From: Raillietiella orientalis
Lineage: Eukaryota
Assembly (NCBI GenBank): GCA_036172245.1
Contig: JAYWIR010000011.1
Location: 4,154,001 to 4,218,000 of the forward strand
Reading direction: 5' to 3'
DNA length: 64,000 nt
In this document: piece by piece, positions 1 to 12,270 of the stretch
Position numbering within the stretch: the first letter of the stretch is position 1
How the letters are laid out: every line of letters begins with the position of its first letter
Notes under the pieces: generated by a model
The model's input: the letters and a program-made list of their open reading frames with translations, nothing else
Database searches by the model: none
Told to the model about the DNA's origin: nothing
Position numbers and translations under genes: made by a program

Positions 1-479
1 GACACAGTCGTTTCAATTGCGGGCTGCGTCCCTGAGCTCAACGGTTCAGAATTTTCGAAAACAAATTTTGCGTTTCGTACAACGAGAGAATAGGTTGAGG
101 ACCAACTCACCAAATGTTCTGTCAACAAATCAACCATGGGAACGGCCGAATGCTCGCATGGGGGGCGGGGGAGGGCATCTCGAGGACAAGTCAAATGGTT
201 GTGGCACCAGCGTGGGAAAACTGAGCAGCTGATGGTAAAGTGAAGGAAGGAAACCGCTTAAGCTTGCGGCGTAGCACAAGAAGAGCATGTCTTGCAGATC
301 GTTGCACGACGGCATCTTTTCCGCAGGAGTGTGCAATAGAAGCGAAAAGCTCTGATTCTCAATACATTTCAGACACTTAGCATTTCCGTTTTTCTTCTCC
401 TCCTTCTTCTTCTTCTATTGGAATGAAATCATTTTAAAGGGCAAAAAAAAAAAAAAAAAATGCACAGTTCGAATGTTAA

Positions 480-3400
480 AGGCCACACAATTCGCATTTC
501 CATTTTTTGTGCAAGGATCTTGCAAGAGTCAGAATTTCCTCTCCAGGAGCGCGATATTCCTTTAATGAAAAGCGTACAGCCGAAACATCGCTCCAGATAT
601 GCTTTTCCCCAGCGTGCGCTGAATGGAGCTCCCTTCGAGGGTAACCGGAAGGCACCGCTGCCACGGAAAGTCGTAGCAGCCACGGTTCCTCTCCGAAATG
701 CAGGAAGAACGCTCTCTCGGCCATCCTCGTTCGATATTGCACGAAGGGACGCAGGGCAGATTCGATTTCCTCCTACCACGTGCCCGACCAGCGTATGGGA
801 AGTTGTCCACTCGTTAGGCCAGTTCTTTGCTCCAGAAGGTCTTCCTTCCGTCTGTTATTCGCGGGCACTCGTGGCACCGGGTTTCGGATTCTTCATCCCC
901 TGAAAGTGTGATTCTCGGTATCAAGGCAACGTGCCAATCGTCCGCATCACGCGCTTGACATGACATGGTCCAAGAACAGCTGCTCAAGGCGAGCGAGAAC
1001 CAAAGTCGCCACCTTCCTCTTCCTTGAGTATTTTTCTTTTTTTTTTTTTAAAAAAAAAAAAAAAAAGAAGAAGAGGCCATGGTATGCGGATTGAATTGTT
1101 TTATGCATCTCAGTACCCCCTTGCCATCGAAGGTAAATTGATAGGAAAGACGGAAGGAAGGGAATCAGTTTTCGTCTTCAGCACATGGTGTGTGTTTCCC
1201 ACTTATCCAGCGACGTCTTTTTGGTTGGACTCGGATGCCGTTCGCTCCCGATCCGCCTTTTTGGTATGCCCAGTCAAGTTGAAACTGCGGTTTTCGGAAA
1301 GGGGAAAAAAAGGAGAAAATGTCACGATCGATTAAGATGGGGTCTTTCTGTCCCCGCCGCAAACTTTTTCTTGCGGGAAATCGAGTTCCCGATTGATGCA
1401 GGACGCCACTGTCCAGCGAAGCTTCTATTGGGGTGCGGCAGTTTCTTGGCAGTGGGGGGTCGTTTCGCAGCACTGCAGAGTTGCCCCACGCAGCTTGTCC
1501 TTCGAGTTTCAGCGGGCGATGCGGTCTGCTTGCATCCGTTTGACTTTTCTGGCGCGTTTTGGCCGGCCCCCGCGATCCTCTGTCCAGGGTTCCTAAACAG
1601 GGGCATCGTCTCCCGGGATGGGGGGGGGGGATTTTTCGCCACCCACCTGGATACCTCTTTGAGCCCCTTTCTTGTGTCTGGCTGCGAGGCACTCTGTTGC
1701 CGCTTAAAGTTTCCACCTCGAAAGGCGCGCGCGCGCGCCCTCCAGCTCGCGGGTGGAGGAAGGATCGCGAACCCTTCCTGTGGTGCGGAACTTGATTTGG
1801 CCGCTTCCTTCGTTTTCCCCTCGTTGGTCTTTCTATCTCTCAGCTTTGAAGGGGCAGCTCTTTCTCGAGCCTGGACCATGTTTGGTGTGTGCTGCTGCCC
1901 CCCGAAGCAAGATGGTCGTCTGCTACTGCCCTCGTGATGAATTCGTGAAGAGCGGTTCGGTTTTAGTGACGGGCACTCGTCATACCTCCCCCGTCGTGCC
2001 ATCCTCCTTATTCCCATGTGGGAAATCATCACTGATAGATCCAGAACGTGTTCCGTCGGAAGGATTCATTAGTTTGGAAGGGAGTGGCTGCGCTCTGCTT
2101 GTGTGTCCGGATTAATTAATTAATTCCTGCCGCGCCCTAGCAGTTGAAAAAGTCAGTCGCTTTCCTCCCGACCCATCCCTTCGAAAGATGCATGCCAGCG
2201 TCCCCGGCGAACAGAAGCGCATCGAAGACGATCCGTCAGCGTATGCGCTGCCTCATTTGGGTCCCTTCAAGGGTAATGAGTTGCTGCTGGCTGCGGGAAA
2301 TCGCTGCGTTTCACGCAAACAGCTGATCGATTCCGATCTTGGAAACTTTAGGAGATGGCGGTGGGTCTTTCGGCTTCGTCTCGACACGTTCCTTCTTGTT
2401 TTCTAGAGCTCACTGCCTCGAGTATCTCGCCGCGAAGAGTGGAACTCTGCTGCTTCATATGCAGGAAAAAGGTCACTCTTCTTGGAGCAAACTTTTGCCA
2501 GAGCATATTTCTCGCCACTCGTGGTCCAGCTCCATCGTGATCTTTTTTTTCCATTCAAAGTACAAGCGACTGCAGGGATCCGAAAGCGACCGCTACCGAT
2601 GCGCTTCTTGCTTGTTCCGTTCTCCCCTGTTTTCTCTCTCGCCCTCCTGTTGGGCATCCAGGGACTTTTCTTCGGCGTCTCGAGAGGTTTCTACGCCGAG
2701 CGCCGCCGTGCCGGACTAGAAATCGAGAATGACAATCCAAGGAAAGTCATCGCTCATCATGTGCGAGGAGGTTGCCTTCCGATCGGAAATCATCCTGATC
2801 GATTCCCGGGCAGTCAGCCTCTTCCTCTTGTTTTTCCGTATATTCCCTGTGAAAGGTCGCACCCGACCGGAGAGCATTCGCGAATCGCCGGCGCCACTCG
2901 AGCCTTCGTTCCCTTCTGCGATGCATGAGCAAGATGCAGAGCTCTTTGCCATCCAAACGGTCGGTAGGACTTCGCCTTCCCACGTTTTGAATGTGGATCG
3001 TGGCTCAGGTGCAGCAGCGCAGCGCTGCAACATTCAGCGTGCTTGACTCGGCAGGGGTCAGCAGCATTCCGTCGCTTCAGACCCCGTCGTATTCCAGACG
3101 CAACCGCCCCGAGTTGCGTCTGGTCCACGCGTCAACTTTCTTGATCGCAAGGATGCGTTGCATCTCCCCCTTGGCGACTCGGCATCGAATCGCCTAGCGA
3201 GTCCACCAGCGACCTGATTTTGTAAAGGCGGGAAGGCGGCGTCGCCTCATCGACGTTTCCTCATCTCCTTCCAAGACCGTGTTGGCGAACTCCCGCTTGA
3301 CCATCACCCAAGGGAGGACGCGTGAAACAGCGACCCTTGCTCCCACGAATCCGCAGCATCGCATGTGTGCGCACCATAGCGTCCACTTTCCGTTAGCTTG

Positions 3401-3650
3401 CGACCTTGCGGCTGACTGTGGCGGCTTGCGTGCGTCGGACAAGGGTCATGGACCGCCCGAAAAGGGGCGGGCGCCATCCGCGTCGGTGTTGTTATCCGCG
3501 GTCTTCGCGCGACCGAGTTCCCAGTGCTGGCCTTCCCCCCCCCCACAGCGTAATCGAAGAGCGTGCACCCACCGTCGGTTGTGGGAAGACTCCTGTAAAG
3601 GTGAAATCCTGTTAGGTGCACCGTGCACTCAGATCGTTCGGACACTCACC
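480..3650 (-). mobile_element. Heavily degenerate Ty3/gypsy LTR retrotransposon gag-pol relic (upstream of the visible PAQR4 exons, probably intronic)
   Basis: Motif remnants occur in gypsy order on the minus strand: zinc-knuckle-like CCGFVGARVAV (~3330-3360), protease-region-like FKTWEGEVLPTV (~2960-2995), RT-like EKKDHDG (~2530-2555), RNase H-like WGNSAVL..RTPIEAS (~1420-1490), integrase HHCC-like RRELHSAHAG (~605-635). Many stops and frameshifts; no LTRs seen. Confidence 0.5.
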
Positions 3651-4012
3651 GTGAACTCGTGTGCGTTTCGATGACCACGACCGGGTGCAAAAAATTGGCA
3701 CCGGAATTGGCACCGCGTTCGGAAGCTTGGTTTATTTCGAGCATTTCATCCTATCCCTCTCCATCGTGATTCATGACTTTGTCGCGAATTCGGTACGGAA
3801 ATTCCTGTACATCGGGAGGTATCGAGAAAAGAGGCCCATCAAAAAAGCGATATTGTCCTGTGCTCCTGCCATTCATTTCGATGACCTGTTCCGTTTTGCT
3901 CGCGTCACTCAAGTACACGTACCGTATTTACCCGAGCACCGGAAGACACACACAAAAAAAAAAAGGAAATGTTGAAAATTATGTGGTGATAAGATGGAAT
4001 TTTCTTGACCAG

Positions 4013-4578
4013 GCATTGAGGGCTCAAACTATATGGGAAAGAAGAATCGCATTCATGTACCCGTTTTTGTTGAGAACTGCACTCCTCATGCTAAGGTTGA
4101 CGTCATTTGGTGGAGGGCATCCTTTGTCCTTTGGCTACTTAATACTCCAGGTATGTATGTTCCAATGGAGATTGGTGTGCCGAGGGCGTGTTGAGTGTCG
4201 GGAGAGATTTTGCTGTGTGATTGGCAGGTTTCATTTTGTGCAATCAGAGAAAAAAAAAAAAAAAAAAAGAAATGTGAAACAAAATGTGTCAACAGGAGGT
4301 CTTTTGCCTTTTCGGAGTGTGCATAGGGGGATGCTATTTCCCAGAACGATACTTTCCAGGTAATTTCATCCACGGTGAACTCTACTCGAACGTTCATTCT
4401 AGGGAAATTGGATTTGATTTGCAATTCACATAACATCATGCACGTTCTAGTGGTGTTTGCAGCGCTTTGCATGCATCAGGCCGTCATCTTTGACTTGCAG
4501 TGGATGTCCTCTGCAAGCTGTACGAAACACTTCAGTGGATCCAAAGAGATTATTTTCACAGAAAAATACACTCATTGA
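4013..4578 (+). CDS. PAQR4: PAQR4-like progestin/adipoQ receptor family protein, last three exons (5' exons not identified in the window)
   Basis: Exons 4013-4150, 4296-4359 and 4403-4578 have AG/GT boundaries and consistent phases. They give ALRAQTIWERRIAF...GGGHPLSFGYLILQ/EVFCLFGVCIGGCYFPERYFP/GKLDLICNSHNIMHVLVVFAALCMHQAVIFDLQWMSSASC...stop. The PER..PG..D...NSH.IMH and terminal DL.W....C motifs match the PAQR4 subfamily. Confidence 0.88.
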
Positions 4579-6579
4579 GCTCCTCCTCCTCGCAAGGATC
4601 CTGTCCTTGATTGACGTTTCTCCGCTGTCTGTTTCCTAATTTAGAAAGATCCCTTGGAGGAACTTTTCATCATTGTCACTCCCGGAATTTCTGAGCACAA
4701 ATAAAAAGAAGAAAAGAAAAGATTGCCACGGGATTCGTGTGGATGGCCGGCACGCGATCTCGCTTTCCGCTGCGGGGTAGTGGAAAGCGGTCGCTCTCTT
4801 GCACCGGGCAGCGTGGTTCGCCCGGAAGAAGACGAACTTCGAACCGGACTCGCTTCTTCTCCCTGCTGCCCCTCCCTCATCGTCAGTGATCGCCAGATGG
4901 TCACCGTTTTCAGACAGTTTCCCGATCGGCACGTGGGGAACTCTCCGAGAGAAGTGGGTGTGGCGATGCTTCGTGCACTTCCCCATGGAAGTGCAGCAAG
5001 GGCACGCTCCCCCGCCGTTTCTTCTAAGCAGGGTTGCCTCCGGCTGATTCCTTGCAGCGGCTTGCAAGTTTCGCGGACGGTTGCATCCGTTTGGTCTTCC
5101 TCTTTTTGAGCCGCCTCCAAGTGGAGCATGAGTGCCGTGAGCTCTCACGCCCACAATTACGTCTGAAGTCCGCCCCCAATTTGTTATGGCGAAGCTCTTC
5201 GGCCGCTCTGTTGATTTGGACTGGTAGGATCGTATGCTCTGAATAATTTGGTTCCAATTCGGGGTCTCTCTCCTTTTTTTCTTTTCTTCTTTACAATGCG
5301 GGACGATGATTCTTGACTTCTGCTGGATGAATGGCCGCCTACTCATGATTTTTAATTTGCTCTCTGTCTTTGATTTGCAGCAACGGCAGTTGTGGCGGAA
5401 TGCCTAATGATTGCACGTCGCGATCGATCAGATCAGATCTTCCGGAAATACAGTTGTCAATGAGTTCGTCATACGCATCTGTGCTTCCCGAGCCTCCCCA
5501 TGGAAACATCGCTTGCGAGTTGGTGGGTCGGGCGCCGCAGCCTCAGATTTCCTGCCCACCTTCGTCCCGCGCGCTCTCTTCCGTTCCGTGCGCGCAGAGG
5601 GAACGCTTCGTTTCCCGGAAACGCACATCAAATTCGAGTCGCACCGCGTTCTTTCGACCTCAGCGATCTTCGCGCTGATTCGTCCGGGTGCTTCCGTGCC
5701 CGTGTCCCGTAATTCCGTCCCCAATTGCCTTCCCGCTGATTCGCGTGGCGACTTGCACGTCCAGAAGAAGTGCTTAAAGTCTGCCCCTCTCCGTCTCGTC
5801 CCACGGGGGAATTCCTCCTCCTCGTTGCCAGGTAGCAGCACCTGATGGCCGCAGCACCTTCGAGTGTCGGTTCGCCTTGTCCGTCCCGACATCCTTGGGC
5901 ATTCTTCTCGTCTAGAGCGGTACAAAGGATGCACGAGGAGGAAGACGTGAGTAGGAAATGCCGAAGGCGCATTGCAGTGACCAGGCAGGGGTGATTGCGG
6001 CGAATGCCCTCGGGCCCTGTGACATTCGGGTTTCTGGGATCACCTTCGCAGGGCCACGCCGCCGCAGCGTGCGAGGCATGCGTGCAAAGAAAGAAATCGC
6101 GAGCGGCGCTTCCGAAATCTTCAGCAGCTGCACGCGTCGTCGCCCATGGGAGCGATAGGGGACTCTCCGAGGTTGCGGGCAAGGAAGTGCGCGTTGTCTG
6201 CGCTCTTTCGCCATCCAAGCAGCGGCGGCAGGAAGCTGCGGAAGATGCTCAGTGCTTTCTGCCGCGGAATGGAGGTGCGCACGAACGTGCACCACGCGCC
6301 TTCTCTGCGTAATGCTAAGACCCCATGCGCAGTCGCAGCACCTGCTGTGTCGGCGACATCTGCAAACACGACAAGGCAAAGCGTACGGAACGTACGAATG
6401 CCCACGGAGCACGTGTTGTATCCTCTTGAATACGTGCATCAATCATATGTGCCTTACTGATTGTGTATACGGAAAAACTTTTCAGGAAAATGCTGACTTG
6501 GGAACGCGTTTTAGTTATCGCTTTCCATAGAATGGAAGTTACCGGCGAAAATCATTTTTGTTCTCTTTCTTTTCTTTCC

Positions 6580-6614
<35 letters not shown>

Positions 6615-7009
6615 GTGAGAAATCAATTTCTCACGTATGCTGTTTGCTTTAATTAGTATTGATCTACGCGTGCGAAATCATTGTAAATGAAGGAATGATC
6701 CCAGAGGACACTCACGTAGTGGGTAGGACACCCAAGGCCAAACTACTTCCATGATTTGCTCTTTGCATCAAAGACCCTACCTCATGGCAACCAGCAGCAG
6801 CTCCAGCAGCGGCGGATGCGAGCAACGGGATGGCAGCGAAACTGAAAGGACGAAAACCGTGGAGTGTACATACCGTCTTGTTTTTGATTATAGTTCGTCA
6901 GCAATACATTACAGGAAGGATAGCTAATGTCAATTTATATGTGTCACACATGTGACAAAAATGTAAATTAATTTTTACTATGATTGATTAAATATTTTTA
7001 AAGCTGCTT

Positions 7010-8150
7010 CCGTTGGCTGCGCGCGTGGCACCAGGCCGTCGCGGGTTCGAATCCCGGCCGGGGAAGGATCGACCTCGAGAAATGGGGGGGTGCGTCGTGG
7101 GTTGCGAGTCTCCCCTGCAGGATGTCTCTGCTTGGCCTGCGGGCTTCGGTTGCAACACTGGCGGAAACCGGATGCCCCCGTTGAGTGACCGGGGTCGGAA
7201 GCCGACCCTCCGGGGCCCTTCCAGGAATCAGGGAGCTCCGGTGTTCTTCAAGGTTCCTCCGTGCGGTTGTGAAAGAGAAGCCGTCCATCTCGTAACCATG
7301 GAGCTTTCCAGAGTGTCAGAAGCCTGCTACTCCCTTCGGGGAGCGCCCTTCAGGGAAAATGGGGAGCTTTCCTTAGGCGTTCTCTCCAGAGGAGGAAGAA
7401 ACAAAGAGTAGGTCCTTTCCGGAGGGTCCCTACGGAGAATAAATGAGGAGTGACCTCTCCGGGGAACTCTCCGTAGCGCGTGAGGGAGGGTTCCCTTCGG
7501 AGACAACCAACGGCTCCTCTTTGTGCGGGACGCCCTGCAGCCAGCCGCAGACTTAGCAGCACCTTGTGGCGGCCTGGGGCGAAGCCAACGGAGGACCGGA
7601 CGAGAGGGACGCCGTCCAGTTCGTGGATCGCTTCCTGCGGATGGCGGCCAGATGGCACCGCCTGGCACCTAGCCGGCATCCTGGAAAGGATGCAGAGGAC
7701 TCCCACCAGCGGAACGCAATCCCTTCCCGACCCTCCAGAGCGTTCTTATTTATTTTCATGTATTCTGTAATTTTATTCTTCGTTTCGTTTTCTCTCATCC
7801 CCCTCCGCTGCTGAGGTGACCGACCCCCGCCGGTCCGCGTACGGCCACCCGTCAGGTCCGCGGACAAATGGAGTGTGGTCCACACTTGCGCTACCGCAAT
7901 TTCTGAGTTTCTTTTCAATTTTCATGAACGCTCCAGCGTGTCCGGGCGGGAATAGGAGGCAACAAGGGCTAGGGTTCCTTTCCAAGCGTGAGAGGAACGG
8001 ACACATTCCTTGCGAGCCTTCCTGGATTCATGGAATGGTCCCTCCGGGCCTAACCCCCGGGTGGCGTGGACAGCGTTAAAGAGCTCCGTGACCTCCCCCC
8101 TAAGGAGGCGAGCTCTTCTTCAGCACTTTACGAAAAAAAAAAAAAAAAAA
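7010..8150 (+). mobile_element. tRNA-derived SINE copy 1, interrupted by a LINE 3' fragment
   Basis: Pol III B-box GGTTCGAATCC at 7044-7054. The body aligns by eye with the reverse complement of 41240-41950 (for example AGAAATGGGGGG, GGTTGTGAAAGA, GGTTCCCTTCGGAGACAACCA, CCTTCCTGGATTCAT). It ends CTTCAGCACTTTACG followed by poly(A) at 8133-8150. Confidence 0.75.
7510..7954 (+). mobile_element. 5'-truncated L1/Tx1-like LINE 3' end nested in the SINE
   Basis: Matches the reverse complement of 22349-22780 (CGGCTCCTCTTTG, GGCATCCTGGAAAGGATGCAGA, GACCCTCCA...GTTCTTATTTATTTT). Flanked by an imperfect duplication GGAGACAACCA (7499-7509) / GGAGGCAACAA (7955-7965). Confidence 0.7.
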
Positions 8151-9829
8151 GCTGGAAGGAAGGAAACAGGAAAAGCGCAAAGGATTTCCGTCACCCCGAA
8201 GATTTTGAAAAGGGTGATTTCGTGATAAATACACATGCATGGTTATTTAATCCATTTGAGAAGAGCAAACCGCCGTGAGCAATAGAATCGAAGAATAAAT
8301 ACGCAAAATTTGGTCCATCTGGGAAATGACTGCTAGGGTTTTCCGAAGAGTTGTGATCTTTTTACAACCCATCCATAATTGCTTTGCTTGATGCATCTTA
8401 TGGACACACATCTTGCCCTACAGAAGAGAAAAAAAAACACGCACTTTCCTATCCCTTTGACTCATTTTCCTTTGAGTGGATCCCCGGCACGGGTAACTCG
8501 AGGCAAACGACTGACCTATCAGCAGTGAAGCGAGAAAGCATCCGCATAACAAGAGGAGGAGGAAGATCCGATGAAAGGAAATGGGCATTGGTCGTGTACA
8601 GAAGTGTTATCGTCAGCACACTTCTCAAACGGGCATGCGGCCCACCGGGATAGGTTTTTTTTTCCTGCCGCTGGTCTCGTGTGTGTGTACAGGAAGACGC
8701 TCTTTTAGCATCCCATTGGGAGTTGACACATCTCGGCGTCCTTTTCGACGGATGTGTTGTGTGTTTAGCTTTCATCAAACGTCTTTTCCAAGGGTGTAAA
8801 GGTGTTTGTGCGTTGCCCTTGCCCAAGTGTGTCAGCGGGGAGTTGCTACAGACAGCACATCCCTAACTCTTTCAAGGGACCGATGTCTTTAAAACGGAAT
8901 GGGAACTTTCTGTAAAGCATCCAAAGCTTCTTGTTCGCTCCTGCTTCTTCACTGTCACGGAATCTTTCAGAAGAAGTACGTCAGAAAGATTCCATGTTCC
9001 TCTATCCCAGCGGGAGGGAGCTTTTTTACACTCGTCTTTTCCATCAGTTTTGCCTTTCCACTCCGCAATGTCAATCTGAGGTCTTTGCACGGGCATATTT
9101 TCGGTGCAAACGGGCAGCTCTGAAGATGGGCCATGGAATCGTTCGTACCTGAGATTCGAGTACCACTCTGGCGCAGAGGAACCAGAAGGTTTCGCAAGAG
9201 TCCCGCACGGGTGCCTTCGCGTCGTCGCAAGACAGCTCAGGAAGTTTCCCCCTCGGCCGATCGATCCTTGAAAAAGTTGGCTGAAACGTAGTTGTGCGGT
9301 CCTCGTTCGTAATTCGACCTGTGCCCATGCCGTGTCCGGCGAAAACGAGAGGCGTCCTTCGTCACGCGTGACCTGAAGTCCTGCGCTTCGTTCAAGCACG
9401 GGACTCCGAACTGGGAAAGAGGAGGGGGGCAGGGGTACCCAACCGATTTCGTCATGCCCCAGAAAGAATGATGTGAGTAAGCATCGCATTATAAGGAAAC
9501 GTCAGCGGCACATTTTTTCAGATGGAGCGACCTTGCCGTCGCTATGTCTCCCCCCCCCCCTCAAAAAAAAGGAACTCACTTTTATATCACTTTTGTGATC
9601 GAAAACGAGCGATTCAGTAGGCGTTCTGAGGACCCGCTGCCTCGTCTGCCTTCACTTCAAGATGGGGGATTCCAGATTGCTTAATCCCTGGAAACCCTTC
9701 GGGAGCACCCGACCTTGTTCTGGGTGTTATCTGTGCAGCGCTATCTGCAGCGGGGAAACTTCCGGAATTCTTCGGCACATGACTGGCCGCACGTAGCGGT
9801 TTCCTCTGCACCGGTAACTCAGCGGAGGG

Positions 9830-11010
9830 TTTTTCACCCGGGTGAGCCGGGGCTTTTATTATTAAAATTTTTTACAATAAAAAAATTCTATAATAAAAAT
9901 TCTTTTTGTTGTCACTGTGTTGTATGTTTTTTTTTAAGGCGGAACACATGTTCCGACTGTCTTGGGGCACTTGTCCTTACCGACCCACAGGCAGGTAAGG
10001 TCCTCTACTCGGGCGTAGGGGCGGGAAAAACAAAAAATAAACAAAACAAACAAAAACGCCTCGTGGGGACAATGTTTCTGGGAGGGGAGGAGAGGGAGGG
10101 GATCACGGTACGCCGTGAGGAGGCCTCTGCATCCGGTTTCGGATGCGAACAAGTGCCGGCAAATGTTTCTTAAGTCGGCGCCAACGGGAGGCCTTCTCCA
10201 AAGAGATGGCTGCCCAGTGGATGGCATTCCGACTGGTGCGGCACCTCCTTGACGCGGTCCACTTGTCCAGGATTCCGCGTAAGCAACAGAGCACTGCTAC
10301 ACACCCGGAGGCTGGCATGACGTCCCGCATCAGGAGGCGACGAAAAATGTTCTTGGGGTCGCCCACCGGTACGCTTAGGGCCGACGAGAGTCGATCCCAC
10401 ATGAGGCGGAGGGCAACACACTCGATGATTAAGTGGGGGAAGGTCTCCCTTTCCCCGCACTCTGTGCAATTGGCATCCACACTCCCCGATGTCCAGCGAG
10501 TCCCCAATGGAGCAGAAGCAACGCCGTCTCCTGCCACTGCAGGGGGAGGGTGCCGTTGTCCCAAGATGCCGGGGGTCACTTCACCTCCTCCGGAGGCATG
10601 TCGAGCAGCTCGCCCTAGCGCACAAGTCCATTCGGCGAGACACTCGGGGTCACAGCGTCCGCTTGTTCCCGCGACGTCCACGCCGTCATGAGTTTTTTTC
10701 TGCCTCCGATGAGGCAGGAGGGTAGCGAATTCCAGAACTTTCTCCGCTGCCACGCGTCCTCCCCCATCCGGTATGCGTGCAGGAAACTCCGAACGGCGGC
10801 GCGGTGGTTTCCGGCGCACACACGTGGGTGGATGATTTCTGCAGACGCCCCCCCCCCCCAGCCCTCCCCTTACTTTGTCAGTGCGAAGCTCACAAAGTTT
10901 GGAGCAGTTCGGCAGAGGCTGCCCAGCGCGGTCAGCAAGCTGCTTTGAGATTCCCCTCCACTGCTGTCGGTTTCTCGTGGCGGTCCACGCACGAATTTCC
11001 AGCCCCAAAA
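9830..11010 (-). mobile_element. L1/Tx1-like LINE ORF2 C-terminal fragment with 3' terminus
   Basis: ORF 10103..11008 contains NCTECGERETFPHLIIECVALRLMW, the CCHC zinc-binding motif typical of L1-clade ORF2 C-termini. Terminus is AATAAAAGCCCCGGCTCACCCGGGTGAAAA at 9830-9860. Confidence 0.8.
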
Positions 11011-11449
11011 GTGGATGCTGCGTCGGAACTCATCATTGGTGCCACTATTAGTCGATCTAGAAGTATCCAGGTCACCCTGCTTGGGCGAGGCTGGGATCTC
11101 CTCCGTTTATCCTCAGTGATTCATCCCCCAGTATGTAGGTTGCCGGTAGTGACCAATCCGGTGCACATCACACCATTCTTTATTACCACTCACGCCACTT
11201 TCACGCACCTAAGTGAAAACTGTTCAGTAATGGACACTCCAGCAACGGCCGACGCTGCACTTTGGTTTCACGAGGACACGCCGGGAGATTTGATTTCTTA
11301 AAAAGGGAATAATCGTGCGAAAACTTGGGAGACGAGTTGCCGAGGGTAACAAATAGAAGTCGCACGTCACACATAGACGCGCGGGTTGGACCAGTGCGGT
11401 ACGAAAAGGAGGCGACAGTCGATAAATAAACGATGAGGAGGAAGGAGGG

Positions 11450-12270
11450 CGGAATTTTTGGGGTGGACCGTTCCTCTGCTACAACCTTTGCAAGATGTGT
11501 TCCCCGGTGACATCTTGGGGCAAGCAGGGACACCTCTCTGCAGCTCTCACGAAGGAGGCTGCCAGGATAGCCGCACGCAAACCCAACATTGCCACGAAAG
11601 CCCCGCCGCGTGCGAAGAAGCGTCGCAGCAAGTCTTTGGCGGTGTCCTCCGGGTGCTGCTGCAGAGCTGGATCCATCCTTCGCTGCAGTCCCTAGAGGGC
11701 ACCGCAGTTCCAGCAGCAAGTGCGGTAAGGATTCGACCGCCCCCCAAGGCGGAGCAGTTCGGGGATGCAGTGCCTCCCGGCAACGAGGTGTAGGCCGATC
11801 CTCACGCCAGGAACCCCCCCTTCCCCCCCCCCCCCTCCAGTGCAGGGCGAGCACCACCTCGCGCTTCCAGTTGAGGGGGAGCGCGGGAGCACCGAGGCGG
11901 CCATACAAAGGGCAGGGACCGCCTTCAGTTCTGCCAAGAGTTCTCCGCACCGAAGAATTCCTTGGCCGGAAACCGTGGAGCGACGGCGTCGGCGCCAGCT
12001 GTCGCTCATCCTCCAGGCGTCTTGGAGTTTGCCCACGCCCTCAGCGGTGCAGAACTCCCACCGTGGCGGTTGGCTTCTGTCACTGCTTGTCCTGAGGGCA
12101 GACAGCGCTGCAGCATAGGGTGCAACGGATAGTCTGGACCACTTCCTGGAGTCCTGCAGCAGTGCCTCCAAGGGAAGGCTGAGTGGATTCCTCAAAGCAC
12201 GAAATTCCTGTGCGGTCTCTGGGAAGGTTTCCGCGGTTTCCTTCTGCCAGATGACTTCATGTGACCCGAT
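11450..12270 (-). mobile_element. Degenerate LINE ORF2 C-terminal fragment (same family)
   Basis: NCSA.GAVESLPHLLLE (~11710-11760). KWSRLSVAPYAAALSALR...PPRWE is homologous to KWTSLASTPLAVALSALR...PARWE at ~24400-24490. Confidence 0.7.

Noticed and set aside
6580..6614. T-run followed by A-run pseudo-hairpins (also ~1037-1066 and ~48292-48312)
   Set aside because: Homopolymers are pervasive in this window; these are simple-sequence juxtapositions and not terminators.
7020..7065. tRNA gene suggested by GGTTCGAATCC
   Set aside because: No convincing cloverleaf; the sequence continues into a repeat body shared with 41240-41950, so it is a SINE head.
8880..9470. Further LINE fragment (WYSNLRYERFHG..LPV), and similarly 14300-14760
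   Set aside because: Only weak resemblance to the LINE copies; could not align confidently enough to call.
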